Shown: in pieces, positions 48,066-59,543 of the stretch
Position numbering within the stretch: position 1 is the stretch's first letter
Layout of the letters: every line of letters starts with the position of its first letter
NCBI GenBank assembly: GCA_973895155.1
Contig: OZ316891.1
Coordinates: 31,007,112-31,071,111 of the forward strand
From: Marsupella aquatica
Taxonomy: Eukaryota > Plantae > Marchantiophyta
Length of the DNA: 64,000 nucleotides
Direction of reading: 5' to 3'
Notes under the pieces: generated by a model
The model's input: only the letters and a program-made list of their open reading frames with translations
What the model was told of the DNA's origin: nothing
Databases searched by the model: none
Program-made: the position numbers and the translations under genes

Positions 48066-49734
48066 TATGTGTATAATACTAAACTATAATACAAGGTTGC
48101 GTCTTTTTATGAAATGGTCGTCATTTAAATTTGCAGTGTCCAAAAAACATTAATCATGTAAAAGAGAAGGAATAAAGGTTATATTAAATTTAGTGTGCAC
48201 CAAAAAATAATAAATACATTCCAAACAAACCAGGAATCAAATGGGGGACACAAAAGTAGGGAGCCAATGCTAGAACCAATGGGGCACACAAAACAAGAGA
48301 GTGAATGTACATGCATGAGTATCAAGGAGGTATACACATGAAATACAAAAGTACATAATATATGTGATACTATATATTATTGTTTAAAGTATTACAATAT
48401 TGTAAAATATAATAATGATAGTAATTTAATTAAAATAAGTTAATTAAAAATAGATTAGATTACAAAGACCATATCAAAAGCTATAATAAAATGTTAACTT
48501 TTTTTTATTATAGTAATTATTAAAATTTGCAATATCCCCAAAATGAAAAACATGAAAGAATGATTTCTTTTGTGAATGAAAATGGAGAGCAATGTTTCCA
48601 AGCACAAAATAAATTTAATAGTACAAAGAAAATAAGGAGGGTCTCTAGCAATGCAAGAGTATCAAGGAGACCTCCCTTTACCATGTACCACTATAATCAT
48701 GATCCGGTCCCTTTACAAACTAAAAAAAGTGACAATCAATTTTGAATGTTTATCACAACATAATTTTTTCCACACTTTAAGATCTATCCATACATCCCTT
48801 CTAAAAATAAGTTCCTGCCCAAGCTACCCTTTAACCTTCCCATACCTGTCACAATTGAAAAAATTAATCAAATTTTAATTAAATTAAAATAATTTCAAAT
48901 ATAAATAAAATAAAATATTTTCTCATCTTGACATCTTTTCTTGATATTAAGATCTTCTCACCTCAAGATCTTTGCTCATCTTGACATATTTTATTCACCT
49001 TGAGATCTTTTCTCACCTCAACATATATATTATATTTGTCTCATTTTGCCATATTTTTTTCACCTGGTCATCTTTATCTCAACACAAGATCTTTCTTCAC
49101 CCTCAACATTTTTTCCTCATATTGATATCTTTTTCTCATCTCACCATCTTTTCTCTCCTTGACTTCTTTTTCTCACCTCTGAATGTTTTTCTCTAATATA
49201 ACATCTTTTCCTCACCTTGCTATATTTTTTTTCCTTGACATATTTTTCTCAGCTCGAAATGTTTTTCTCTTATCGACATTTTTTCTCACCTTGATATATT
49301 TTCTCACCTCAACATGTATCATTTGTGCAATGCACAGGTATCAGGCCCGGTATGTACTTAACAACATCTTTTACTTCATAATGTCATTTAGTAATGACAT
49401 ACTTTATCTATTGACCATTTTATACTTAACAACATCTTAATACTTAACCGCATCTTTGGCATAACGACATCGTTGGCAACATGACATCTACTTATTTGAC
49501 ACAATTTCTTACTTGATGACCTTTTGGGCAACATGCCATCTTTGCCAAAATGACTTCTTTTTCTTAACAACATCTTTTTACTTCATGACCTAAACCCTAA
49601 ACCCTAAACATATCATTCTCTTAAGAGCATTTTGGGCGCCACAATACTTTCCTCTTAGTGACATCTTGGGGGACACTACATCTTGGGCGCCACAACATCT
49701 GTTTTCTTAACAATATTTTGGGCGCCATGATATC

Positions 49735-52700
49735 TGTTAAGGATTGCTCTTAGTCTTGTGCCTCAAAGGTTACGGCACTTAGGCTAACCACAGTTAGGGT
49801 CTTAGCTGAGGTTAGGTTAGTCGTGTGTGACCTTGTATATACCAGGGCTAGTGTAAACCGCTGGTGTGTGGTGCTTACTCATTGTAACGGAGCAAGTAGA
49901 GGAAAAGGGAGAGCATGTGTGTTCGTTTACTCTTGAAGTAAAGCTTGAGTGTTCCTGTGGACGTAGCCTTGGAGAAGAGGTGAACCACGTAGAGATTGTG
50001 TCGACTACGTGTGCATAGAATAAGTCATGGTTGTATGGTCGTTGCAAATGACGTCTTAGTTCAACAATTGGTATCAGAGCAAGCCTGGGAGGTGACGTTG
50101 AGGTGATCAAAATTTTCGTGACGTGTTGGTGACGGTTTTTCCAGCGATTAGAGTTGGTAATTTTCACGGAGTTTTGTCGCATGGAACTTGGAGGTGTTGG
50201 GCTCAACGGATAGATTGGGGCAAGGGCTTTCCGACGGTGCAAAGAAATCTCTGAACGGAGTTTGTGGTGCAGAGGAATTCACGTTTCCGTCGTTCTGGAT
50301 TTTTTGTGATTCGTGTTCGACGGTTTTCTTTGACGGTTCTTTTGGGGGGGAACTGAGATCATTTTCTCGACGGTGTGAGCTTTGTGGTGCGCGAGGCGTC
50401 ACAACCTTTAGCTCAAATCGTAGATCGGGCAATGAAAGCTGATCATTTCGGTAGCTGGTTTGCTATTGAGGGTGTAGTGAGTGCGATGGACCAAGCAAAA
50501 GAGCCGTTCTGAGTTTCTGACTGGCTATAGAATCTTCTTTTGACTGAAGCGGGGTTTCTTGTCGTTGCATCCGACTCGGAGGAAGAAACGGGAAATGCAA
50601 TGGCTCAACGAAGAGATCGCGGTGCAGTGGTCATTTTGAGTCCAAGATTAACACTTGACGCGGAGTGAAGGAGTCGTGACAAGAATTTGTTACTCTACTA
50701 GAGTTGCAAACGGTGCCGGTGCAATTCGGTAACATTTCCCGTCGACAACTAGTCTTTTTCTGGTGTAAAGTGATAACGGCATTGTGAGTAACTCGACAAA
50801 TTTATTTTTGTGCACATTTTGCCTTAGAATAGGGCCTTTTTTTGTGGTGTGTATACACACCCTCCCGACCCTTGCACCCTCGTCAATACCCCGTCGGCGC
50901 CCCCCTCCTCCTCCTCGCTAATACTCCCATCGCGGACGTCCCGGACGTCCCGGCCGGCATGGATGTCGTAGCCGGCACGGACATCCTAGACGTCCCGGCC
51001 GTCGCAGCTCCATCCCTGCCCATTCCGACTCGGTTTTTTACTCCCCGGTCCCCCTATGCATTGCCTGGCCCGTGGATGCGCCTTTTTAAGACAATATTTT
51101 TGTGTTAAGGGGCTTAAACCCCCTTATGCCCATTTTATAATTTCTTTCCCAGCTCCTCATTGGTTGTGCCGCCTCCTGCACCCGGTGACCTGCCGCCCTC
51201 AAAATTAATCGCTCCGACAGGGGGAACGGCCCCCTGTGAGACTGCCGCACAGTCCGGGGAATATTCTGAAAAAAATAGAGAGTTGTTTTTTGACCTTTAG
51301 TCAAAGATTCTAAGGTCCAAACAGTAACTTTTTTAGATCTTTTTTGGCGAGGATGCAGCCACTGAAGCTAGCAACGCAATGCACCACTCGATTTGCAATT
51401 CCGACGACGGGTGCTACTTGTAATTTTTGTTATTCCCTGGAGTGGTCAAAACGGGGGAGAATTTTTGAATTTTACCCACCCCGACCGAAACGTGAAAAAG
51501 TTTTTTGTCGGACCTCAATTTTGATTTTGAAATTCAGCGTTGGCTTGCTAGACTGGTGGGCTATGTGGTGGTGACAAGTTTCAAGTTTTTTGGAAAGTTA
51601 CGAAAAATGATATTTTTTCGTGATTTGGATTTGACTCAACAAGAAGGAAGGAAGAAAAAAACAATAGCACGTGGAGAAAGTTGGGAGGGCAACGATGGCA
51701 TCCAAGTTTGAGGTGTCAAGTTTGAGGTGGAAAAGTATGATGGGCGCACGGATTATTTGCTATGGGAGAAGCAGGTTAAGGGAATTCTTCGTGCTATGGG
51801 CCTAGATCATCTACTATCGACTCGAAAGGAGTCTAATAGTGAGGAGAAGATTCCATTGAGAAAATGGAGGCAGGAGCAAGTGATCGCTGTGAATGCCGTT
51901 ATGCTGTATCTGAAGCCGCATATCATTAAGAAGCTGGACGACTACGAGGATTGCGTATCCTTATTCAAGGCCCTCAGAGAGAAGTACTACCGAGAGGATG
52001 CCTCAGATCGGTTGTACAAGAAGTCTCTCTTGATGAGCTTGAGGCTAAAAGAAGGAGGCAAGCTTCGAGATCACTTGGATGAATTCGACAACCTAGCTGT
52101 AGATTTGTCAAATTTTGGCAAGGGAGTGGAAGATGAAGATAAGGCATTGCTTCTTCTCAGTTCCTTACCCCCATCGTATCAAGATTTGAAGTAGGTTCTC
52201 TTGTATAGAGACCTCAAAACCATTTCATATGATGAGGTGGTAAGCTCTTTGATGCACAGAAGAAACTGGGTCATCCCCAAACACCATCTTCATCTGGCAG
52301 TGCATTGAATGTGAACCGTGGGAGGACTCAACAACATATGACTGGCAAAAATAGATCCTTTTCACAAACATACCCCTCACGGAATAGAGGCAAGGAGAAG
52401 GCTCGGTCTAAGTCTAGATCCAGGTCTAGAGAGAAATCTCTAGAAAGAAAATCAATTATATGCTGGAAATGTAACAAGCCTGGCCACATGAAACGAGACT
52501 GTCAAGTCAAGCAGACTCCTCAACCATCAACGAACGCAGCCACTGATGTTGATATGATTGACTTGCTTGATGATGAAATCTTGTGAAGTCCAGATGTTGT
52601 CCTTTGCGTTTCATCCAATAACAATGATGATGAATGGATTTTAGATTGTGCATGTACCTATCATATTTGTTGTATGAAAGAGTTTTTTACTTCTTACTCA

Positions 52701-55700
52701 ATATCAACCGGTTCCGTGTTGATGGGGAATGATCATCCTTGTCAAATTGTTAGAATTGGATCCGTGAAAATTTGGATGTTTGATGGAGCTGTGCGAACAG
52801 TGAGTAATGTCAGACACATACTGACATGAAAAAGAACTTGATTTCTCTTGGAATGCTGGAAGCAAATGGATGTCGGTGGAGTTCTGCTGATGGTATTCTT
52901 CAAGTATCAACCGGAGGCAAGGTTGTCATGAAGGGTAAGCGGCACAGGAATCTATACTTGTTGGAGGGCAACGTGATTTGTGAAGAAGCCAATGTAACTA
53001 GATCTCAAGGCGAGATGACTCAGTTATGGCACTTCAGATTGGGACACATGAGTGAAAAGGGTTTGGCGGTACTTCGCAGGAAAGGACTTCTTTCTAATTT
53101 GGAATCTACTAAGCTAGATTTTTGTGAACACTATGTGCTTGGGAAGCAGCACAGGAGAACCTTTGGTGTTGGAACTCACAATACCAAAGCTATACTTGAG
53201 TATGTACATAGTGATGTGTGGGGTCCAGCCCCAACTCCCTCACTTTATGGAAAATTGTACTATGTCACGTTCATTGATGATTACTCACGGTATGTGTGGA
53301 TCACATTTTTACACGTCAAGTTTGAAGTTTTTGGCACTTAAGAAGTGGAAAGCCCAAATTGAGAATCAGACTGGATCCAAGGTGAGATATCTGCGATCAG
53401 ATAATGGCGGGGAGTACATTTCAAGTGAATTTGAACTATATTATGCAGAGCAAGGGATTACTCATCATCTCATGATAGTTTATACTCCTCAATAGAATGG
53501 TGTTTGAGAGCGGCTAAACCAAACACTATTGGAGCGATCGAGGAGTATGTTGAGCCAATCAGGTTTACTGCATGAATTTTGGGCTGAAGCTATAAATATG
53601 GCAACTTATTTGTTAAATCTTTCTCCTTCAAGTGCAATCAATTTCAAGACGCCGTTTGAAATGAGGTATGGACGGCACGCAGACTTTCAAGTTTTTAGAG
53701 TCTTTGGAAGTGATGCATATGCTCTCACACCTAAGCAGGATCGATCTAAACTAGATTTTACTTCCAAGAAGTGTCTTTTTCTTGGTTATCAACCAGGTGT
53801 GAAAGGTTACAGGCTATGGGATCCAGAAGCTTGTACGTTGCTTGTCAGTAGAGATGTATCCTTTAATGAATCCAGATCATCAAAGGAGGGGGAGAATGCT
53901 CAGGCTTCCCGTACTGACAAAGGTAAATCTCCTATCCTGGACCATGGTGTGGGGGAGATTGGTCATGAGAGTTTTCATGACATAAATGAAGGAGGTGCTC
54001 CGAGAATGGAGTTGGTTCTGGTATTGGAACAAGAGGAGCAGGCGGTTGTTGGAATACCTGAAATACAACCAATAGAACAAGATCAACCAGAATCATCAGC
54101 TAGAAAATCGAGACGTACTACTCGAGCTCCTACAAGGTGTGGACAATGAACAGATTCATCAAGGTTAGAGGATGTTGACATTGCACCTGAAGATGATGAC
54201 AGAGCACTGATCTTGGAAGAATGAGAACCTTCTTCTTATCATGAGGCGTGCATTTCAGACGAGAAAGATGAATGGAATGTAGCGATGCAGAGGGAGTTAC
54301 AATCTTTAAGTGACAATAGAACATGGGAGCTGGTGCAGCTGCCAAGTGATCAACAAGTGATGGATAGCAAGTGGATTTACAAGCTGAAGGACAACTCTTC
54401 AGATGGAGGAGACAAGATATACAAGGCAAGGCTTCTTGCCAAGGGATTCACTCAAGAGAAGGGAGTGGATTACAATAAGGTCTTCTCTCCAGTTGCCAAG
54501 TATTCCACGATACGAATTTTGTGTCAACTTGTTGTGTTTTTTGATCTGGTGTTAGATCCAATGGATGTTGTTACTGCTTTTCTCTATGGTACCTTGGAAG
54601 AACAAATTTTCATGAGGCAACCACTAGGCTTTGTGAAAAAGGGCCAAGAGAGTTTAGTTTGCAGATTGCTTAAGTCCTTGTATGGATTGAAGCAAGCTCC
54701 TCGACAGTGGAACAAGCGGTTTGATGATTTCATGCTTGCACAAGGATTCACTAGGATGGTGTATGACCCTTGTGTGTATATGAAATCAGTCAAGAATGGT
54801 GTTTGGTTTTCTCATTGTGGTGCTCTATGTGGATGACATGTTGATTGCGGCTAAGGATCAAACTGAGGTTAACAAACTCAAAGCAAAATTGAGTTCTGAA
54901 TTCCGAATGAAGGATCTAGCCAAGAGGATCTTAGGTATGGAGATTATGAGGAACTTTGAAACTGGACAATTGTGGCTGAATCAAGGCAAGTATGCTGAAA
55001 AGGTACTTGCAAGATTCAACATGGAAAATTGTAAGCCAGTAAGTATTCATTTGGCTCCACATTTCAAGTTATCATCGACTTTCGGCCCCACGGATCTAGT
55101 GAAGAGAGGCTTGATGACTAAGGTTCCTTATGAGAAGGCAGTGGGCAGTCTAATGTATTTGATGACATGTACCAGGCCTGATCTAGCCCTAGCAATGGGC
55201 AAAGTGAGTAGATTCATGTCAAATCCAGGGAAGGTACATTGGGAGGCTGTGAAATGGATTCTTAGGTATCTTAAGGGCACAATAGACTATGGTCTATTGT
55301 TTGATAGTAAATCAAACAAAACTAAATCTTTGGTTGGCTATGTAGATTCTGACTACGGAGGCTATCTGGAAACAAGGAGGTCAACGACTGGGTATGTGTT
55401 TACTCTTGGAGGAGGATGCATAAGTTGGAGATCTACCTTGCAGAAGTGTGTATCTCAGTCTACTACAGAAGCAGAATATGTTGCAGCAGCAGAAGCAGCA
55501 AAGGAAGCAATTTGGTTGGATAAGCTGGTCATTGAGATGGGATTGGAGCATGGCTCTTCATTGTGACAGCCAGAGTGCGCTTCACCTAGCTATTAACCAG
55601 GTGATGGATAGCAGGGTGAAGCACATTGACATCAGGTACCATTTTATTAGGCAAGCAGTGTCTGATAAAATGTTTGAGCTAGTCAAGATTGATGAAAAAC

Positions 55701-56331
55701 TCAACCCGACTGATGCTTTTACCAAAGTGATTCCTTTGGAGAGATACTCAAGACATCGTGCTACTTTGCAGGTTTTGCATTTGCAGCACAAGTAGAGTAA
55801 CTTAACAAGATGTGATTTCTGTATATGAGTTACTCAATCCTGTTATGGCTACGGCTTAATTCTAGTTAACTCTTAGTTAACCTTAAATGGTTTTTAGGGG
55901 GACACCTATGGTTTTAGGTGATTGTCTAGAATTTCCCGCTGAGTATCTCATATGGATAGCAGATATTGCAGTCCCCAAGACTAGAGTCAAGGGGGAGTTT
56001 GTTAAGGATTGCTCTTAGTCTTGTGACTCAAAGGTTACGGCACTTAGGCTAATCACAGTTAAGGTCTTAGCTGAGGTTAGATTAGTCGTGTGTGATCTTG
56101 TATATACCAGGGCTAGTGTAAGCCGTTGGTGTGTGGTGCTTACTCATTGTAACGGACCAAGTAGAGGAAAAGGGAGAGCTTGTGTGTTCGTTTATTCTTG
56201 AAGTAAAGCTTGAGTGTTTGTGTGGACGTAGCCTTGGAGAAGAGGTGAACCACGTAGAGATTGTGTCGACTACGTGTGCATGGAATAAGTTGTGGTTGTA
56301 TGGTCGTTGCGAATGACGTCTTAGGTCAACA
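49735..56331 (+). mobile_element. Full-length Ty1/Copia LTR retrotransposon (Tnt1/Tork-like), inactivated
   Basis: 332-bp LTRs 49735-50066 and 56000-56331 (TGTT...AACA, about 17 differences by eye), TSD ATATC, PBS TGGTATCAGAGC (tRNA-iMet) 50069-50080, PPT AAGGGGGAG 55989-55997. Confidence 0.97.
51695..55795 (+). pseudogene. Copia gag-pol polyprotein (gag, CCHC, protease, integrase, RT, RNase H) with many stops/frameshifts
   Basis: MASKFEV-EKYDG (14-nt duplication breaks frame), CWKCNKPGHMKRDC, WILDCACT, LWHFRLGH, HSDVWGP, LRSDNGGEY, SLYGLKQAPRQW, LYVDDML, GYVDSD, KHIDIRYHFIR; integrase precedes RT. Confidence 0.95.
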
Positions 56332-56969
56332 ATATCCTTATTTTAATGATATTTTGGGCGACACAACATTTTTTTCTTAACGACATATTTTGTGCAATGC
56401 ATGGCCAGGTAATTTCCCTCAACGATGTCTTGGCCGACACGACATGTTTTCTCTCAATGATGTCTTTGCCGACACGACATCTTTTTTTCAACGACATCTT
56501 GGCCGACATGACAAAAAAATTTCAACGACCTCTTGGCCAACATGACATCTTTTTTTCTCTCAACCACCTCTTGGCCGACACGACTTCTTTTGTGCAACGC
56601 ACGGGTATTGAGCTTGTATAATATAATATAATAAGCTGCGTGCTTTTGTGTGCATTTTCCCATGTTTTGTGTTTTTTCTCACCAATTTTGTATTTTTTGT
56701 AAAAAAAAACTGAACATGATTTTTGACCCAAAATTACACACCCCTAGTCATATGCAACAAAAAGTTCACACTTTAGAACCAGGTAGCAAAAAAAATCTTC
56801 CCTCTACTTCTATACCAAAAGTTAGCACTTGAGAAAATATTCTAGACTTGAGAATTAATAAAAAACCATCCCCCGAGAATTACAAAAAAAAAGTTGCACG
56901 CCAAAAAAATATGGTGGAAAAACATGTGGCAACATATTGTACCAAGCTTAATATGTTGCTGTGTGTTTT

Positions 56970-57202
56970 GTTCTTGCACCACCTTACGTGATCGTACACA
57001 CAAAAAAAATGAAAAACAACACACACACCTTTAGACAATGAAAAAAAACATTTTTTCTGCACCACCGTACTTGATCGTACACAGAAAAAGATGAAAAACA
57101 ACACACACCTTTAGACAATTAAAAAAACCTTTTTTCTGCATCACCGTACGTGATCGTACACACACAAAAATGAAAAACAAAACACACCTTTAGACAATGA
57201 AG
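56970..57202. repeat. ~80-bp tandem repeat, 3 copies
   Basis: TTCTGCAYCACCGTACGTGATCGTACACACAAAAAATGAAAAACAACACACACCTTTAGACAATGAAAA units. Confidence 0.85.
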
Positions 57203-59543
57203 AAAAAACACACGATGAGAAGAAAATGAAAATAAACACACAACGAGAGGAAATGAAAAAAAAACATAGAACCAGAAGAGGACCAATGAAAACTATCCAA
57301 ATGCAATGTCGTACATGATTGTACACACACAAAGATGTAAAAAAATCACACACTTGAAGATAATAAAATAAACACACAACCACACACTTGAAGATAATAA
57401 ATTAGTTCGTGGACCCCTTCGCTAATAAAATAGGGGGAAGAGTAGATCTGAGTCGTGTCCATTTCTTATCTCCGGAAATCTCGTCCGTCCATCATAATAG
57501 TCAATCTATGGCTCAAAAGAAAGATCTCAAATAGATCTATGATGGGTTCTGTCCGTTCTTCAAATGGGTTAATATTTGTCAAATGAAAAATTAAACAAAT
57601 CCAAGCCTTCCTAGCCGTCGATTTTGTTGATTTTATGATCTTTGCCGTCCATTTTGTAATGCCTCTAGAAATCTTATTCATCCATGTTAGAAGACGATCT
57701 AGGGTGTAAAAGAAAGATCTCAATGAGATCTACGATTGGGTATTTTTTGTTTTGAGAATGAGTAAATAGTTTTGAGTATAAAATTCGATGAACTTTCAAG
57801 ATTCCAGCCATTCCTCCTCCCTGATCCTGGGTTTCTATGTGCACTTCCCAGCATTAATGGCCGTACAATACGAGAGGTCCTTACATACCGAGAGTTGCGG
57901 TTTAACAAGGAAGTTATCAAGTTAGTTATTAGTCATTATTTATTATATGAAAAATATTTTTTATAAATCTTTGAATTTAAGTTTTAAAATTGGAAATGTA
58001 ACTAAAATGGTTACATAGTGTTAACCGTCTTGCTTTTTGTATTTCCAAAGTTTTTAATTTTCTTTTTACGGCATGATGTCCCAAAATTTACACCCAAATT
58101 GACACAAACACGAATGAAAATTATAAGTTTGATTCACAAAACCGACGAGTCTTGTTTGTTGCGGTTGTTGTTGACGTGACACGTTGTGGTGCCAGGAATT
58201 TTGGAAGGGACCTCTAGTGGGGTCCGTAAATAAACACACAATGTGAAAAAAGAATTAAAAAACACAAACTTGAAAAAGCACGGGAAACTATCCAAATGAT
58301 ACTATAAATTATAATGTATTTACTAGAGTATACTACAATGATCTTGGTTTATAATCATGATTGTACATACCATGTGAATAACATATCACAGGAATGACCA
58401 TGGACATGCCCATGGAATATTGGAATGGTTCATGTAAGATTGTCAAGTGAGACTCATTTATTATACTCACGCTTGTACTTTGGATATCCTAAATTAATCC
58501 GAGGACCCCCATGTTATTTTAGAGGCACTTATCTAGAAACTGAAGCCTAGATGGACCTCCAAATCTAAAGAAAAACATTTCAAAAACGGACAAATCAATG
58601 TTTGACCAAGACAACCATAATTGATATCAATCACAAAACAAGCTGCAACGTGAACCACTATTTAATGTGTGGACAGCTTAATTGCCCACTTCAGCAAAAC
58701 GGTGTTCGACGGTTTCCTCCACGGCATCGAAGGGATGCTGGATGCATTCAGGTTGCATCAAAAGTAATCACTTTTCAATTCCTACCTGCAAATAGACAAA
58801 GAGAGAGAAGTCATCGGTGTTATCAAATCACTAACCTTGCATAATTGTTTAAGACAAAAAGTTTCATGGAAATAAATTTCCACACTCATTGGAAAGCTAG
58901 AGAACATTGGAAACTTATAATCTCCTCGGAACTCAACTAAATCTATCAATGTTAAGTTCATTAAACAACTAAAGAAATTCTAAATTCATAATCTCCTAAG
59001 TAGTACTCCATAAAATTTATCAATTTTAGGTTCATCCTCATGGAAGGGGTCAACATTTAAGGGGTAGTACAACAAAAATTTATATTCACATTAAAGATTA
59101 CAAAGTCATGGGTAAAATCTATTTTTCAAATTATTTACTCAATTTTTATTGAATGGTGACAATGCTGAGCTCATCATGACCGTCTCTTCAAGATCTTTCC
59201 AACGCCATATTATACGTGAGTTTTCATTATGATTTGACTCAAAAATGTCAAATTAGAAATTGTTGTCAAGAAAATTTTATGTTTTGAATAAAATCAAAAT
59301 GGAAATAAAACCGTTGCTCTGAGCAGTTTTACCTCAATCTTTTTATCTTTTGATTTGCATGTCAATTTTTTACATTCTTTTTTACGGTATGGCATCCTAG
59401 TTTTTACAGAAAAGTTGCCACAAACACGAATGTAGAAGTTAGTTTTATCCAAAAACAAGTCCCTTCCTGTTTGTGGCGTGCCATGATGATGTGGCGCGCT
59501 GTGGAGCCAGGAATTTTGGAAACGACCTCTAATGGGGGTCTGT

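Larger units (their letters stand above)
48082..56616 (+). mobile_element. Composite non-autonomous Helitron (~1.9 kb) split by the Copia insertion
   Basis: 48082-49734 plus 56337-56616 is colinear with 59544-61666; hairpins at 49325, 56392, 56592; ends GAGCTTG. Confidence 0.8.
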
